A stretch of DNA of 64,000 nucleotides from contig JBGAMU010000011.1 of NCBI GenBank assembly GCA_044222685.1, positions 4,582 to 68,581 of the forward strand. The letters are read 5' to 3'. Below, one piece after another: positions 38,529 to 47,244 of the stretch. The DNA comes from Burkholderiaceae bacterium. GTDB lineage: Bacteria > Pseudomonadota > Gammaproteobacteria > Burkholderiales > Burkholderiaceae_C. The notes under the pieces were generated by a model, which did not search any database, was not told the origin of the DNA, and saw nothing but the letters and a program-made list of their open reading frames with translations. Position numbers and translations under genes: made by a program. Numbering within the stretch: position 1 is the first letter of the stretch; each line of letters starts with the position of its first letter.

Positions 38529-38592
38529 CGCCGCTGGGCCGAGCATGACGTCACGCCGCCGCAGACGTGAGCTCGGGCAAGATGTGGTCAAC

Positions 38593-40065
38593 ATGTCGCG
38601 AATCGGCTTTCGAGACTTTGCAGTGCAGTTCCTGGCCATCTTCGGGTGGGCCGCGGCGACATCGGCTGCATCGGCGGCCGTCATCGCTCCCGAGCTCGAA
38701 CGCGTGATGGCGGCGCGCGGCACTCATGCCGATACGCCGGTGATCCTGCGATTTGCCGAGCCGCTGGACCTGCAGCCGCTGGCCGTGACCGATCGTCTCG
38801 CCCGCGACAACAGGTTGCTGTTGGCCCTCAAGGCGCGCGCAGCGCGCAATCGCGCCGTCGTCGAGCCGTTTCTTGCGATGCAGGGTGCCGTCGGTGTCAA
38901 GGATCTGTGGATCATCAACGGTCTGGCGGCAACACTGCCTGCGGTGGCGGTGAAGCAATTGGCCGGCCAGGCCGGCGTCGAGCGCATCGACGTTGACTCG
39001 TTCGTCCAGGGCGGACGTTCACAACACGCTTCCTCGCCGCGTACGCCAGCGCCGCAGACCAAAACGCAAACGGCAGTGGCACCCCCTGCGATCGCGGTCG
39101 ACCCAGTCGCGTTGTCGCGTACGACTGTGAGCTGGAACGTCGCCGCGATCCGCGCGCCGCAGCTGTGGGCGCTCGGCCATACCGGCACAGGAGTGGTGGT
39201 CGCAGCCATGGATACCGGCGTGGACCTTGCGCATCCGGACCTGCAGCGCCGTTGGCGCGGGGGGACGAACAGCTGGTTCGATCCACACGGTGAGCAAGCG
39301 ACACCCTACGACGGGTCCGGTCACGGCACGCAGGCGATGGGAGTCATCGTCGGCGGATCGTCGATAGGTGTCGCTCCCGACGCGCGCTGGGTCGCTGTGA
39401 AGCTCTACAACGCCGACGGGCGCGCGCGCATGAGCGACATTCACCTGGCCTTTCAATGGCTGATGGATCCCGACGGCGATCCGGCAACGCTCGATGCACC
39501 CGATATCGTCAACGCCTCATGGGCGCTGACCGGTCGGGGTGCGGGCGCCTGCATCCTCGAGTTCAGCGACGATGTCCGCGCCCTGCGCAGCGCCGGCATT
39601 GCAGTCGTTTTTGCCGCGGGCAACGATGGCCCGGCGCCAGGCACCAGCAACAGCCCGGGCAACAACCCGGGTGTTCTGTCGGTCGGTGCCGTGGATCGCA
39701 GGCTGCAAGTGGGGCGGCAAGTGAGCCGCGGTCCATCGGCCTGCGAAGGTACGGTGTTCCCTCGTCTGGTGGCGCCCGGAATGAACGTTCGCACGACCGA
39801 TGTCTCGCACGGCGGGCTGCCGTCGTACGCCACCGTGTCCGGCAGTTCGCTGGCCGCGCCGCATGTGGCGGGTGTGATGGCGTTGCTGGCCGGTGCATTT
39901 CCCAGGGCCTCGGTGACCGAACTGGAGGGCGCGCTTGTCCAGGGCGCGCTCGACCTGGGCGACGATGGCGCCGACAACACGTACGGCAGCGGCCTGGCCG
40001 ATGCCTTGGCGGCATTCCACATCCTGCAGAAGGCCAGCGGATCGGTCGTGACAGGCCATCGCTGA
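38593..40065 (+). CDS. subtilisin-like S8 serine protease with I9-type propeptide
   Basis: Catalytic triad contexts VVVAAMDTGVD, GSGHGTQAMG and SGSSLAAPHVAG, with an N-terminal signal peptide and propeptide. Confidence 0.9.
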   Translation: MSRIGFRDFAVQFLAIFGWAAATSAASAAVIAPELERVMAARGTHADTPVILRFAEPLDLQPLAVTDRLARDNRLLLALKARAARNRAVVEPFLAMQGAVGVKDLWIINGLAATLPAVAVKQLAGQAGVERIDVDSFVQGGRSQHASSPRTPAPQTKTQTAVAPPAIAVDPVALSRTTVSWNVAAIRAPQLWALGHTGTGVVVAAMDTGVDLAHPDLQRRWRGGTNSWFDPHGEQATPYDGSGHGTQAMGVIVGGSSIGVAPDARWVAVKLYNADGRARMSDIHLAFQWLMDPDGDPATLDAPDIVNASWALTGRGAGACILEFSDDVRALRSAGIAVVFAAGNDGPAPGTSNSPGNNPGVLSVGAVDRRLQVGRQVSRGPSACEGTVFPRLVAPGMNVRTTDVSHGGLPSYATVSGSSLAAPHVAGVMALLAGAFPRASVTELEGALVQGALDLGDDGADNTYGSGLADALAAFHILQKASGSVVTGHR

Positions 40066-40089
40066 AACCAGACATCCCGAGGTGCTCTG

Positions 40090-40713
40090 ATGAACGTACG
40101 TGCTGAATCCATGGGCCTTGCAGTGGCGCTCGCACTCGCGACAGGTGGCGCGCTGCTCAGCCCGTCCGTCGGTTCGGCGCACGAGGGCAAGCAACATGCA
40201 ACGCGGTGGCCCGGCTCCAACGACTACCTGCGCTCGGTACGTTCGTACGCGGTGCCGGATGTCGTGCTGACCGACGGCGACGCGCGCCAGGTGCGCCTGC
40301 GCGAACTGTTGGCGAGCAACGACCCGGTGATGATGAACTTCATCTTCACCACCTGCGGCACGATCTGCCCAGTGATGGTCAAGGTCTTCGCCGACGTGCC
40401 TGATCGGCTCGGTGCTCAGGCAAAGAACCTGCGCTTGATCTCGATCTCGATCGATCCCGACAACGACACACCGGCCCAGCTCAAGGCCTACGCCAGGAGC
40501 TTCGGCGCTGGTGAGCGGTGGAAGTTCCTGACCGGCAGCGCGCAGGACATCAAGAGCCTGCAACTCGCCTTCGATGGCTACCGTGGCGACAAGATGAACC
40601 ACGAGCCGCTCACGCTGATGCGTCATGCCGTGGGCAAACCCTGGATCCGTATCGACGGCTTCGCGAACCCCGACGAGCTGGTTCGCGAGTACCGCAAAGG
40701 GGGGCCGCAGTGA
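40090..40713 (+). CDS. SCO1/SenC-family copper chaperone
   Basis: Thioredoxin-like fold with FIFTTCGTICPVM (CxxxC) and a downstream His (KMNHEP). Confidence 0.85.
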   Translation: MNVRAESMGLAVALALATGGALLSPSVGSAHEGKQHATRWPGSNDYLRSVRSYAVPDVVLTDGDARQVRLRELLASNDPVMMNFIFTTCGTICPVMVKVFADVPDRLGAQAKNLRLISISIDPDNDTPAQLKAYARSFGAGERWKFLTGSAQDIKSLQLAFDGYRGDKMNHEPLTLMRHAVGKPWIRIDGFANPDELVREYRKGGPQ

Positions 40714-42377
40714 CGCTGCTCGGCGCGTCCGGTGTTTCCACCCTGCGGCGAGCGGCGTGGCTGCCTTCGGGGCTCGCCGTGCTAATGCATGTCTTCTTGG
40801 CGGTTGGTGCCTGGGCGCAGGCCGCTGCGCCCGAGGCAAGTGGCGATGCCGCGCAACTGGCGCTCGGCCAGCGCATCTATCGGGAGGGCATCGGTGCGTC
40901 TGGCCAAGCGCTGAGGGCGGTTGGCGCGGCGCAGGCGGCACTCGGTGGCAAGGACGCGGCCTGCGCCACCTGCCACCGCAGGAGCGGGTTTGGCTCCAGT
41001 GAGGGCAGGTTCGTCATCCGGCCGATCATCGCACCGGCATTGCTGCAGGAGCAGAGCGTCGCGCTGCACGCACCGCGCGTCAAGGCGCGAGTGGGGACGA
41101 GTCAACGCCCGGCCTACAACGAGGCCTTGCTGGCGCGCGCCATTCGAGGCGGCGTCGACGCCGCTGGCAAGCCGCTCGATGCCGTGATGCCGCGCTACGC
41201 GCTGAGCGACGACGAGATGAAAGCACTGTCGGCGTATCTGTTCTCGCTCGGCGCCAAACCATCGCCAGGCGTGGACGAGCACGACATCCACTTCGCCACC
41301 GTGATCCAACCCGGCGTCGCGCCGGAGCGGCGCCGTGCGATGCTCGACGTGATGCAGGCCTTCGTCAAGGACAAGGGTGCCAACGTGCGTTCGGACGAGC
41401 AACGCCGCGAGGCCGGCAACATGCGCATGTACCGCTCCTACCGCAAGTGGGTGCTGCATGTGTGGGAGTTGAATGGGCCGAGCGAAACCTGGTCAGCGCA
41501 ACTCGAGGCGTTGTACAGCCAGCAGCCAGTGTTCGCCTTCATTGGTGGCCTGGGCAACGCGAGCTGGGGCCCGATCCATGCCTTCAGCGAGCGCCTCGAG
41601 ATCCCGAGCGTGTTGCCGCAGGTGGATCTGCCGTTGCTGACCAGCATCAACCAATACACCTTCTACTTCTCGCGCGGCATGGTGCTCGAGGCGGAGGTGC
41701 TGGCCAAGTTCGTGCGTGAGCAGGGGGACGCGGGCCCGATCGTCCAGGTCTATCGCCGCGAAGAGGCGGGCGCGGCAGCGGCTGCGGCGTTCCGTGCCGC
41801 GCTGACGACTGGCGCGACGGTGGAGGACCGCGTGCTCGAAGGGCCGGCGACCGAGGCGTTCTGGCAACAGCTGTACGCCGGCAAGCCCGCCGCGGTGGTG
41901 CTGTGGCTCGGCGCATCGGATCTAGTGGGGGCACCTGCGCCGGGCGGCACTGCGCCCAGCGTGTACCTGTCCTCCAATCTGCTGCCGGGTCGGCTTCCCG
42001 ATGCGCTCGCCAAGGCCAATGCGCGACTCGTGTACCCGTCCGACCTTCCGCCCAAGCGCGAGGCGCGTCTGCTGCGCCACAAGCTGTGGCTGCACAACAA
42101 GGGCATTGCGGTCACCGACGAGGTGGTTCAGGTGAACACCCAGTTCACGATGACGGTGGTCAGCGATGTGGTGGGGCACATCATGGACAGCTTCTCGCGC
42201 GACTACTTCGTCGAGCGCATCGAGCATGTGGTCGGCCAGACACCGATGGCTTCGGTGTACCAGAACGTCAGCCTCGGTCCCGGCCAGCGTTTCGCGGCCA
42301 AGGGCAGCTCGGTGGTGCAGGTGCTCGACGCCGACAAGAAGCAGCTGAAGGCGCTGTCGGGCTGGATCGTGCCCTGA
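40710..42377 (+). CDS. monohaem cytochrome c domain fused to a type-1 periplasmic binding-protein-like domain
   Basis: The GTG start overlaps the SCO1 stop (GTGA). Signal/TM segment, then CATCH with a downstream Met (AVMPRY). The ~380 C-terminal residues look like a Leu/Ile/Val-binding-protein fold. Confidence 0.75.
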   Translation: MTLLGASGVSTLRRAAWLPSGLAVLMHVFLAVGAWAQAAAPEASGDAAQLALGQRIYREGIGASGQALRAVGAAQAALGGKDAACATCHRRSGFGSSEGRFVIRPIIAPALLQEQSVALHAPRVKARVGTSQRPAYNEALLARAIRGGVDAAGKPLDAVMPRYALSDDEMKALSAYLFSLGAKPSPGVDEHDIHFATVIQPGVAPERRRAMLDVMQAFVKDKGANVRSDEQRREAGNMRMYRSYRKWVLHVWELNGPSETWSAQLEALYSQQPVFAFIGGLGNASWGPIHAFSERLEIPSVLPQVDLPLLTSINQYTFYFSRGMVLEAEVLAKFVREQGDAGPIVQVYRREEAGAAAAAAFRAALTTGATVEDRVLEGPATEAFWQQLYAGKPAAVVLWLGASDLVGAPAPGGTAPSVYLSSNLLPGRLPDALAKANARLVYPSDLPPKREARLLRHKLWLHNKGIAVTDEVVQVNTQFTMTVVSDVVGHIMDSFSRDYFVERIEHVVGQTPMASVYQNVSLGPGQRFAAKGSSVVQVLDADKKQLKALSGWIVP

Positions 42378-42400
42378 TGGCGCTGGCGCCACGGCGCCGC

Positions 42401-43105
42401 TCAGGCCACGAGACCACCTTCCGCCGAGTCCTTCACCAGGCGGGCGAACGCGAACGGTCGCTCGATCAGGCCCAGCTCGAGTGCAATGAGCGTCAGCTCG
42501 GCGGCATTGCGCAGACCCAGCTTGTGCATCAGGTTGGCGCGGTGCTTCTCCACCGTCTTCGGGCTGACGCTCAGAAACTCGGCCGCGGTGCGATTGGTGC
42601 GGCCCTCGGCGATGAGCTGCAGAATGCTGCGCTCGCGATGGGTCAGCTTCTCCAGCGGGGACGATTTGGTGCCGTTGCTGCCCGGATGCAGAAAGCTCTG
42701 CACGACGTGGCGCGAGACGTCGGGACTGAGGTAGTTCTTGCCGCTGGCCACCGAGCGCATCGCCATCAGCAGCTCGTCGAACGACGCGTCCTTCAGCACA
42801 TAACCGTCGGCGCCGGCGCGCAGGGCCTCGCGCACGTAGTCTTCGGTCCGCAGTGTCGTCAGCATCACGACCTTCACCTGCGGCTGCCGACGCTTGATCT
42901 GCGACACGGTCTCCAGCCCACTGACGCCGGCCAGCACGATGTCCATCAGCACCACGTCGGGGTCGAGGTTGAGCGACGCCTGGACGGCCTCCTTGCCGTT
43001 GCTCGAGTGCGCGACCACCGCGAAATCGTCGTGCGCGGATATCAGCGCGCACAGGCCCAGGCGAAAGAGGTTGTTGTCGTCGACAAGCAGCACGCGGATG
43101 CTCAT
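42401..43105 (-). CDS. NarL/LuxR-family response regulator
   Basis: MSIRVLLVDDNNLFR..., VVLMDIVL, and a C-terminal HTH (LTHRERSILQLIAEGRTNRTAAEFLSVSPKTVEKHR). Its ATG overlaps the upstream stop (ATGA). Confidence 0.9.
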   Translation of the reverse strand: MSIRVLLVDDNNLFRLGLCALISAHDDFAVVAHSSNGKEAVQASLNLDPDVVLMDIVLAGVSGLETVSQIKRRQPQVKVVMLTTLRTEDYVREALRAGADGYVLKDASFDELLMAMRSVASGKNYLSPDVSRHVVQSFLHPGSNGTKSSPLEKLTHRERSILQLIAEGRTNRTAAEFLSVSPKTVEKHRANLMHKLGLRNAAELTLIALELGLIERPFAFARLVKDSAEGGLVA

Positions 43106-43692
43106 GATGGATTCCGGGAGACCGGCCTTGGCGGAGGGAAGGAGGGCACGTCGCCGTTGGCAGGCGTGCCGGGAAGAGCAGGGTTGGCGGTGAGTGGCCG
43201 ACCGGTGGACGAGATCGCGAACAACCATTCGCGATACGACTTGAGGCCTTCGAAGTGCTGGTATCCGGCGGCGAATCCGGCCTGCTTGACCGGCGCCTTC
43301 TCCGACAGGCTGTACACGCCGGCGACGCGGTCACCGATGCGCAACAGGCCCCATTCGTCACCGCCGGTCACCGGGTCGCGATAGGCGCGTCGCAGGTGGC
43401 GCACCGGCATCGGGTAGCGGTCGTCCTCGAGCAGATCCTCGATGCCGGTCGGCAACACCCGTGGCGTGCCCGGCGGCGCGCCGAAGTAGTAGCGCTGGAT
43501 GGCACGGCGGTACTGGTCGCCGACGAACAGCAGCTCCTGCTCCTGGCCGCGCTGGCGCGCCAGCGCCCACACGTCCACCGCCGCCATCAGCGCAATGCCA
43601 CCCAGCGTCAGTGCGACGAGCAGGGCGAGCAGGACGATCCCACCGGTTCTGCGGGTCCGCGGGCGGTGGGCGAGGGGCGCGCGTGCCGTCAT
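43102..43692 (-). CDS. T2SS minor pseudopilin-like protein (no Glu+5; GspK/J-like)
   Basis: N-terminal hydrophobic helix GGIVLLALLVALTLGGIALMA lacking the GFTLIE signature; sits in the operon after two pseudopilins. Confidence 0.6.
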   Translation of the reverse strand: MTARAPLAHRPRTRRTGGIVLLALLVALTLGGIALMAAVDVWALARQRGQEQELLFVGDQYRRAIQRYYFGAPPGTPRVLPTGIEDLLEDDRYPMPVRHLRRAYRDPVTGGDEWGLLRIGDRVAGVYSLSEKAPVKQAGFAAGYQHFEGLKSYREWLFAISSTGRPLTANPALPGTPANGDVPSFPPPRPVSRNPS

Positions 43693-44099
43693 TCGGTGCC
43701 CCTCACCGTGACGCCGGGATACGGCCGCGGGGCCGGTTGCACGTCATAGACGGCGCCCTGTGTCGGGTCCGGCGGCGCGACGACGACCCAGTTGGCTGCT
43801 TCGGTGACCGGGTCTACCGGCATCTGCCGCAGGTAGCGCTTGGCCACCAGCTCCTCGAGCGACTCCGGGTACTTGCCCTGGTCGCCATAGAACTTGTCGA
43901 TGGCATCGCGGATGGTGGCCACGTTCTGCCGCTGCACGCTGAAGCGTCCGTTGTCGACGGCGGTGAAGTAGCGCGGGATAGCCAGCGTCAGCAACAGCGC
44001 GATGAGGGAGAGCACCACCATCAGTTCGATCAGCGTGAAGCCCGCCGCCGCGCGCAGGCCCGGTCGCTGGTGGGGATGGCGGCCTGTGGTGTATCGCAT
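43689..44099 (-). CDS. GspG-like pseudopilin paralogue
   Basis: Prepilin cleavage/methylation motif AGFTLIELMVVLSLIALL, then GspG-like YGDQGKYPESLEELV...PVDP. Confidence 0.8.
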   Translation of the reverse strand: MRYTTGRHPHQRPGLRAAAGFTLIELMVVLSLIALLLTLAIPRYFTAVDNGRFSVQRQNVATIRDAIDKFYGDQGKYPESLEELVAKRYLRQMPVDPVTEAANWVVVAPPDPTQGAVYDVQPAPRPYPGVTVRGTE

Positions 44100-44104
44100 T
44101 TCCG

Positions 44105-44623
44105 CTACCAGGAGCTGTAGGGCGTGCCATCGAGCGCCACCCTGGATGACTTGGAGGACACGTCGAACACGTCAGCGCCGGCCGATGTGTCGCCCGGACG
44201 GCTGGCGTATGCACGAATGTCCCAGGTCTGCGCAGCGGGTACCTGCGCGTCGGCGAAGAATGGGTCTCTCGGCAGTTGACGCAGGATGACGATGCGTTGC
44301 GAGGCGTCGGTCTGGCCCAGGCCGAGGTCGCGTTTGTTGGCCATGTCGAGCACCTCGGTCAGCTTGTCCAGCGACGGCGGATAACCCGATTCGCCGGCGG
44401 CCTTGGCCAGCACACCGGAGTCGGTGGCTGCCTTGTAGGCATCCAGGCCGTTGCGAATCGTGCGCAACGCCTGGCGCAACTCGGCCTCCTTGAAGCGCGT
44501 GGTGGTGACTTCATAGAGCGGCAGCGCCACCATGGCGAGCAGACCTACGATCGCCAAGGTGATCAGCATTTCGACGAGCGTGAACCCGCGCGTCGCCGCT
44601 GTGGAGCGGGCCAGCATCCTCAC
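44105..44623 (-). CDS. GspG-like pseudopilin paralogue
   Basis: RGFTLVEMLITLAIVGLLA motif, plus GYPPSLDKL...LPRDPF. Confidence 0.8.
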   Translation of the reverse strand: MRMLARSTAATRGFTLVEMLITLAIVGLLAMVALPLYEVTTTRFKEAELRQALRTIRNGLDAYKAATDSGVLAKAAGESGYPPSLDKLTEVLDMANKRDLGLGQTDASQRIVILRQLPRDPFFADAQVPAAQTWDIRAYASRPGDTSAGADVFDVSSKSSRVALDGTPYSSW

Positions 44624-46662
44624 GGCTTGACCTTGGGTTCGCCGGCCGAAGGCGTCGGCTCCGTGGTGGCGGGAGCGCCGGGAATCGGGCTTTGGCCCGA
44701 CGATGCGGACCCAGCCGGATCGGCCGCAAGCGGCGCTCCGGCGCCGGCCGGCGTCGCTGCCGGCGCGGGCTGCGGCGATGGGGCCGCGCTGCCGCCACGA
44801 CCGGGCAGAGGTGCCCGGGTCGGGCCGGGCCGCGCACCGGTTGGCGGCGGGGCCGCGCCACCGGTGGACTGGCCCGTCGCCGCGCCGATCGGATCGAGCT
44901 GCAGTGCACGCTCGCGCATGCTGCTTTCGGTCCCGGAGAACACATTGCGTACCGACGCGTCGAGCGTGGCGGGCGGCCGCACGATGCGCGGCGTGATGGA
45001 CAGGACGATCTCCGACTTCTTGTCCGAGCCGCTGTTGTTGCCGAACAGCTTGCCTACGGTGGGCAGGTGGCCAAGGCCGGGCACCCTGGCCGACGTGTTC
45101 TTGTCGTCGGCCGAGATCAGGCCGCCCAGGATCTGCGTCTCGCCGTCGCGCAGACGCACCACGGTCTGCGCATTGCGTGTGCCGATCTGGTACGCGAGCG
45201 ACCCGTTCGGTCCCGGAATCTCCTTGACGATGCTGCTCACCTCCAGGCTGACGCGGATGCCGACCTCCTGGTCGGAGTAGACCTGCGGCTCGAACTCGAG
45301 CTTGAGGCCGACGTCCTGGTACTGCACCGAGCCGGTCACGACGCCGCTGCCGGTGTTGGTGGGCGTCACCGTGTTGGTGATGATCGGCACGCGGTCACCG
45401 ATCAGGATGCGTGCCTTCTCCTTGTTGCGGGCCCGGATGCGCGGGCTGGCCAGCAGCTTGGAGTCGGAGTCCTCCAGCCGCAGGTTGATGCCCAGACTGA
45501 GCTGGTTCACCAGCAGGTCGTTGCGGGTCAGCGCCTTCAGGCCGCCGATGGTGTTGGCGCTCTCGGGGGTGGAGATGCTGACTGCGTTGGGAATCTCGAC
45601 ACCCAGGTTGGACAGGCGGTCGTGCGACACCTCGAGCACCTCGACCTCGAGCATCACCTCTGCTTCGGGAACGTCGTGGGCGGCGATGACCTTGCTGGCC
45701 ACGGCGATCGCGTCGGCGGTGTCACGCATCACCAGCGTACCGCTGCGTTCGTCGACCGAGAGGTCCTTGATCTTCAGCACCGACTTCAGCACGGTCTGCA
45801 TGTACTTGACGTCGACGTTCGTCACCTGGAACGTGCGCACCTGCAGGTCCTGGTACTCCTTGAACTTGGCTGCGGTGGCCGGGTAGATGAACAAGGTGTT
45901 GGCGTTCAGCGCGCGCTTTTCCAGCTGGTTCTGCAGCAGGATCAGATCCACCGTGTCCTCGACGGCCGCGTCCTTCACGAAGATGGTCGTCTTCAGGTCG
46001 GCGCGCACGTCGCGATCGAGGATCACGTTCAACCCGGTGGTGCGCGACAACGCCTCGAACACCATGCGCAGGTTGGCGTCGCGAAACTGCAGCGTCACCG
46101 GCTTGTTCATGATCGACTGCGCCGCGGCCTGGGCGGCGCGGGTCTGGCGTGTCTTCTCGACGTGTTCGCGGATCGCGGCGTTCTGGCGTTGAGCCGCGGC
46201 GTTGGAGGGGTTGTCGGCCAGCACGGCGTCGACCCGCTCCTGGGCCGCGCTGACATTGCCTGCTCGCAGCTGCCTGTCCGCTTCGGCCAGCAGCTTGGCG
46301 CCGCGCGCGTCGAGCTCGATCATCTTCAGGCCGCGTCGTGCCCGGTCGTTGCTCACGTCGACCTGCAGTGCCTTGTTGAAGAGCGCGGCCGCTTCGGTGT
46401 CGTTGCCGCTGCGTCGAGCCGCCTCGGCCCGCTCCACCAGGTCGCGGCCGTGGGCCTGTGTGGCCTTGAGCAGATCGATGCGGTACTCGGCGTTGGTCGG
46501 CTCGAGCCGGCTGGCCTCCTGCAGCTTGGCCAGCGCCGCGTCGCGGTTGCCCTCCGCAAGCAGGCGCATGCCGTCGTTGTGAACCCGGCTGCCTGCGCAG
46601 CCCCACAGCAGCAGGGCCACGACCAACGGCAGCCGTCTGGCAGCGCCCTTGACGATGTTCAC
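44620..46662 (-). CDS. secretin (GspD/PilQ superfamily) with N-terminal TPR region and Pro/Ala-rich C-terminal tail
   Basis: Lipobox-like LLLWGCAG, TPR-like helices, N0/N1-like VTLQFRDANLRMVFEAL and a secretin core ...VPGLGHLPTVGKLFGN.... Confidence 0.9.
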   Translation of the reverse strand: MNIVKGAARRLPLVVALLLWGCAGSRVHNDGMRLLAEGNRDAALAKLQEASRLEPTNAEYRIDLLKATQAHGRDLVERAEAARRSGNDTEAAALFNKALQVDVSNDRARRGLKMIELDARGAKLLAEADRQLRAGNVSAAQERVDAVLADNPSNAAAQRQNAAIREHVEKTRQTRAAQAAAQSIMNKPVTLQFRDANLRMVFEALSRTTGLNVILDRDVRADLKTTIFVKDAAVEDTVDLILLQNQLEKRALNANTLFIYPATAAKFKEYQDLQVRTFQVTNVDVKYMQTVLKSVLKIKDLSVDERSGTLVMRDTADAIAVASKVIAAHDVPEAEVMLEVEVLEVSHDRLSNLGVEIPNAVSISTPESANTIGGLKALTRNDLLVNQLSLGINLRLEDSDSKLLASPRIRARNKEKARILIGDRVPIITNTVTPTNTGSGVVTGSVQYQDVGLKLEFEPQVYSDQEVGIRVSLEVSSIVKEIPGPNGSLAYQIGTRNAQTVVRLRDGETQILGGLISADDKNTSARVPGLGHLPTVGKLFGNNSGSDKKSEIVLSITPRIVRPPATLDASVRNVFSGTESSMRERALQLDPIGAATGQSTGGAAPPPTGARPGPTRAPLPGRGGSAAPSPQPAPAATPAGAGAPLAADPAGSASSGQSPIPGAPATTEPTPSAGEPKVKP

Positions 46663-47243
46663 TTGCTTCTCCCGGTGACGTTGAGCGTCTGCTGAACGTT
46701 GGTTGGCAGATAGGTCATTACCACCTCGTTGGCGTTGAGTGCGTCGACCCGGTAGGTGTTGTTGTCCAGCATGTCGCCGGCCGCGACGACCAGCAGCGCG
46801 TCGCCCTTGGCGAGAAACGCCTGCGGCTTGGCGGCGCCGCTTTCCAGCAGGCCGACGAAACTGAACGGCAGCGGTGGCGTGACCGGCTGGGGTTTGGGTG
46901 GCGGCGGTGGCGGCGGCGCAGGCGGCGGTGGGGCTGGAGGAGGCGGCAGCCAGCTCAGACTGGCGAACGGAGTGCCTTTGCTGCGCGGAATCGTCTTCGT
47001 GCGATCGACGGCGACGCCGGCGGCAGCTGCGTCCGCTGGCGGCACCGGCGCCGACGACGGCGTCGCGATGATCGAGGGTGCACTGGCCGGCCTGCTGCCG
47101 GGTGCCGACGGGCGCGCGACCTCCTCCACCACGTCGTCGCCGGCCGCGCGGTGGTTGCGCGACAACTGCGCGCTCACGTAGAACGTCGAGATGCCGGCGC
47201 AGGCGATGAACAGCAGACGAACGGGCTTGCTGGGTGTGGCCAT
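46659..47243 (-). CDS. GspC/PilP-like secretin-coupling protein with polyproline tract
   Basis: N-terminal TM, a PPPPAPPPPAPPPPPPPKPQP tract and a C-terminal beta-rich ~70 aa (PFSFVGLLESG...YRVDALNANEVVMTYL). Confidence 0.5.
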   Translation of the reverse strand: MATPSKPVRLLFIACAGISTFYVSAQLSRNHRAAGDDVVEEVARPSAPGSRPASAPSIIATPSSAPVPPADAAAAGVAVDRTKTIPRSKGTPFASLSWLPPPPAPPPPAPPPPPPPKPQPVTPPLPFSFVGLLESGAAKPQAFLAKGDALLVVAAGDMLDNNTYRVDALNANEVVMTYLPTNVQQTLNVTGRSK

Positions 47244-47244
47244 G

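Noticed and set aside
42378-42400. GGCGCC-rich self-complementary 23-nt spacer between the convergent operon ends, considered as a bidirectional terminator.
   Set aside because: The stems are very short and there is no flanking T/A run. This is insufficient evidence.
41922-46695. 479-aa minus-strand, 493-aa plus-strand and 667-aa plus-strand ORFs overlapping the cytochrome c fusion, the LuxR gene, the pseudopilins and the secretin.
   Set aside because: They have no recognisable motifs and lie opposite or out of frame to genes with clear signatures (HTH, GFTLIE, secretin core).
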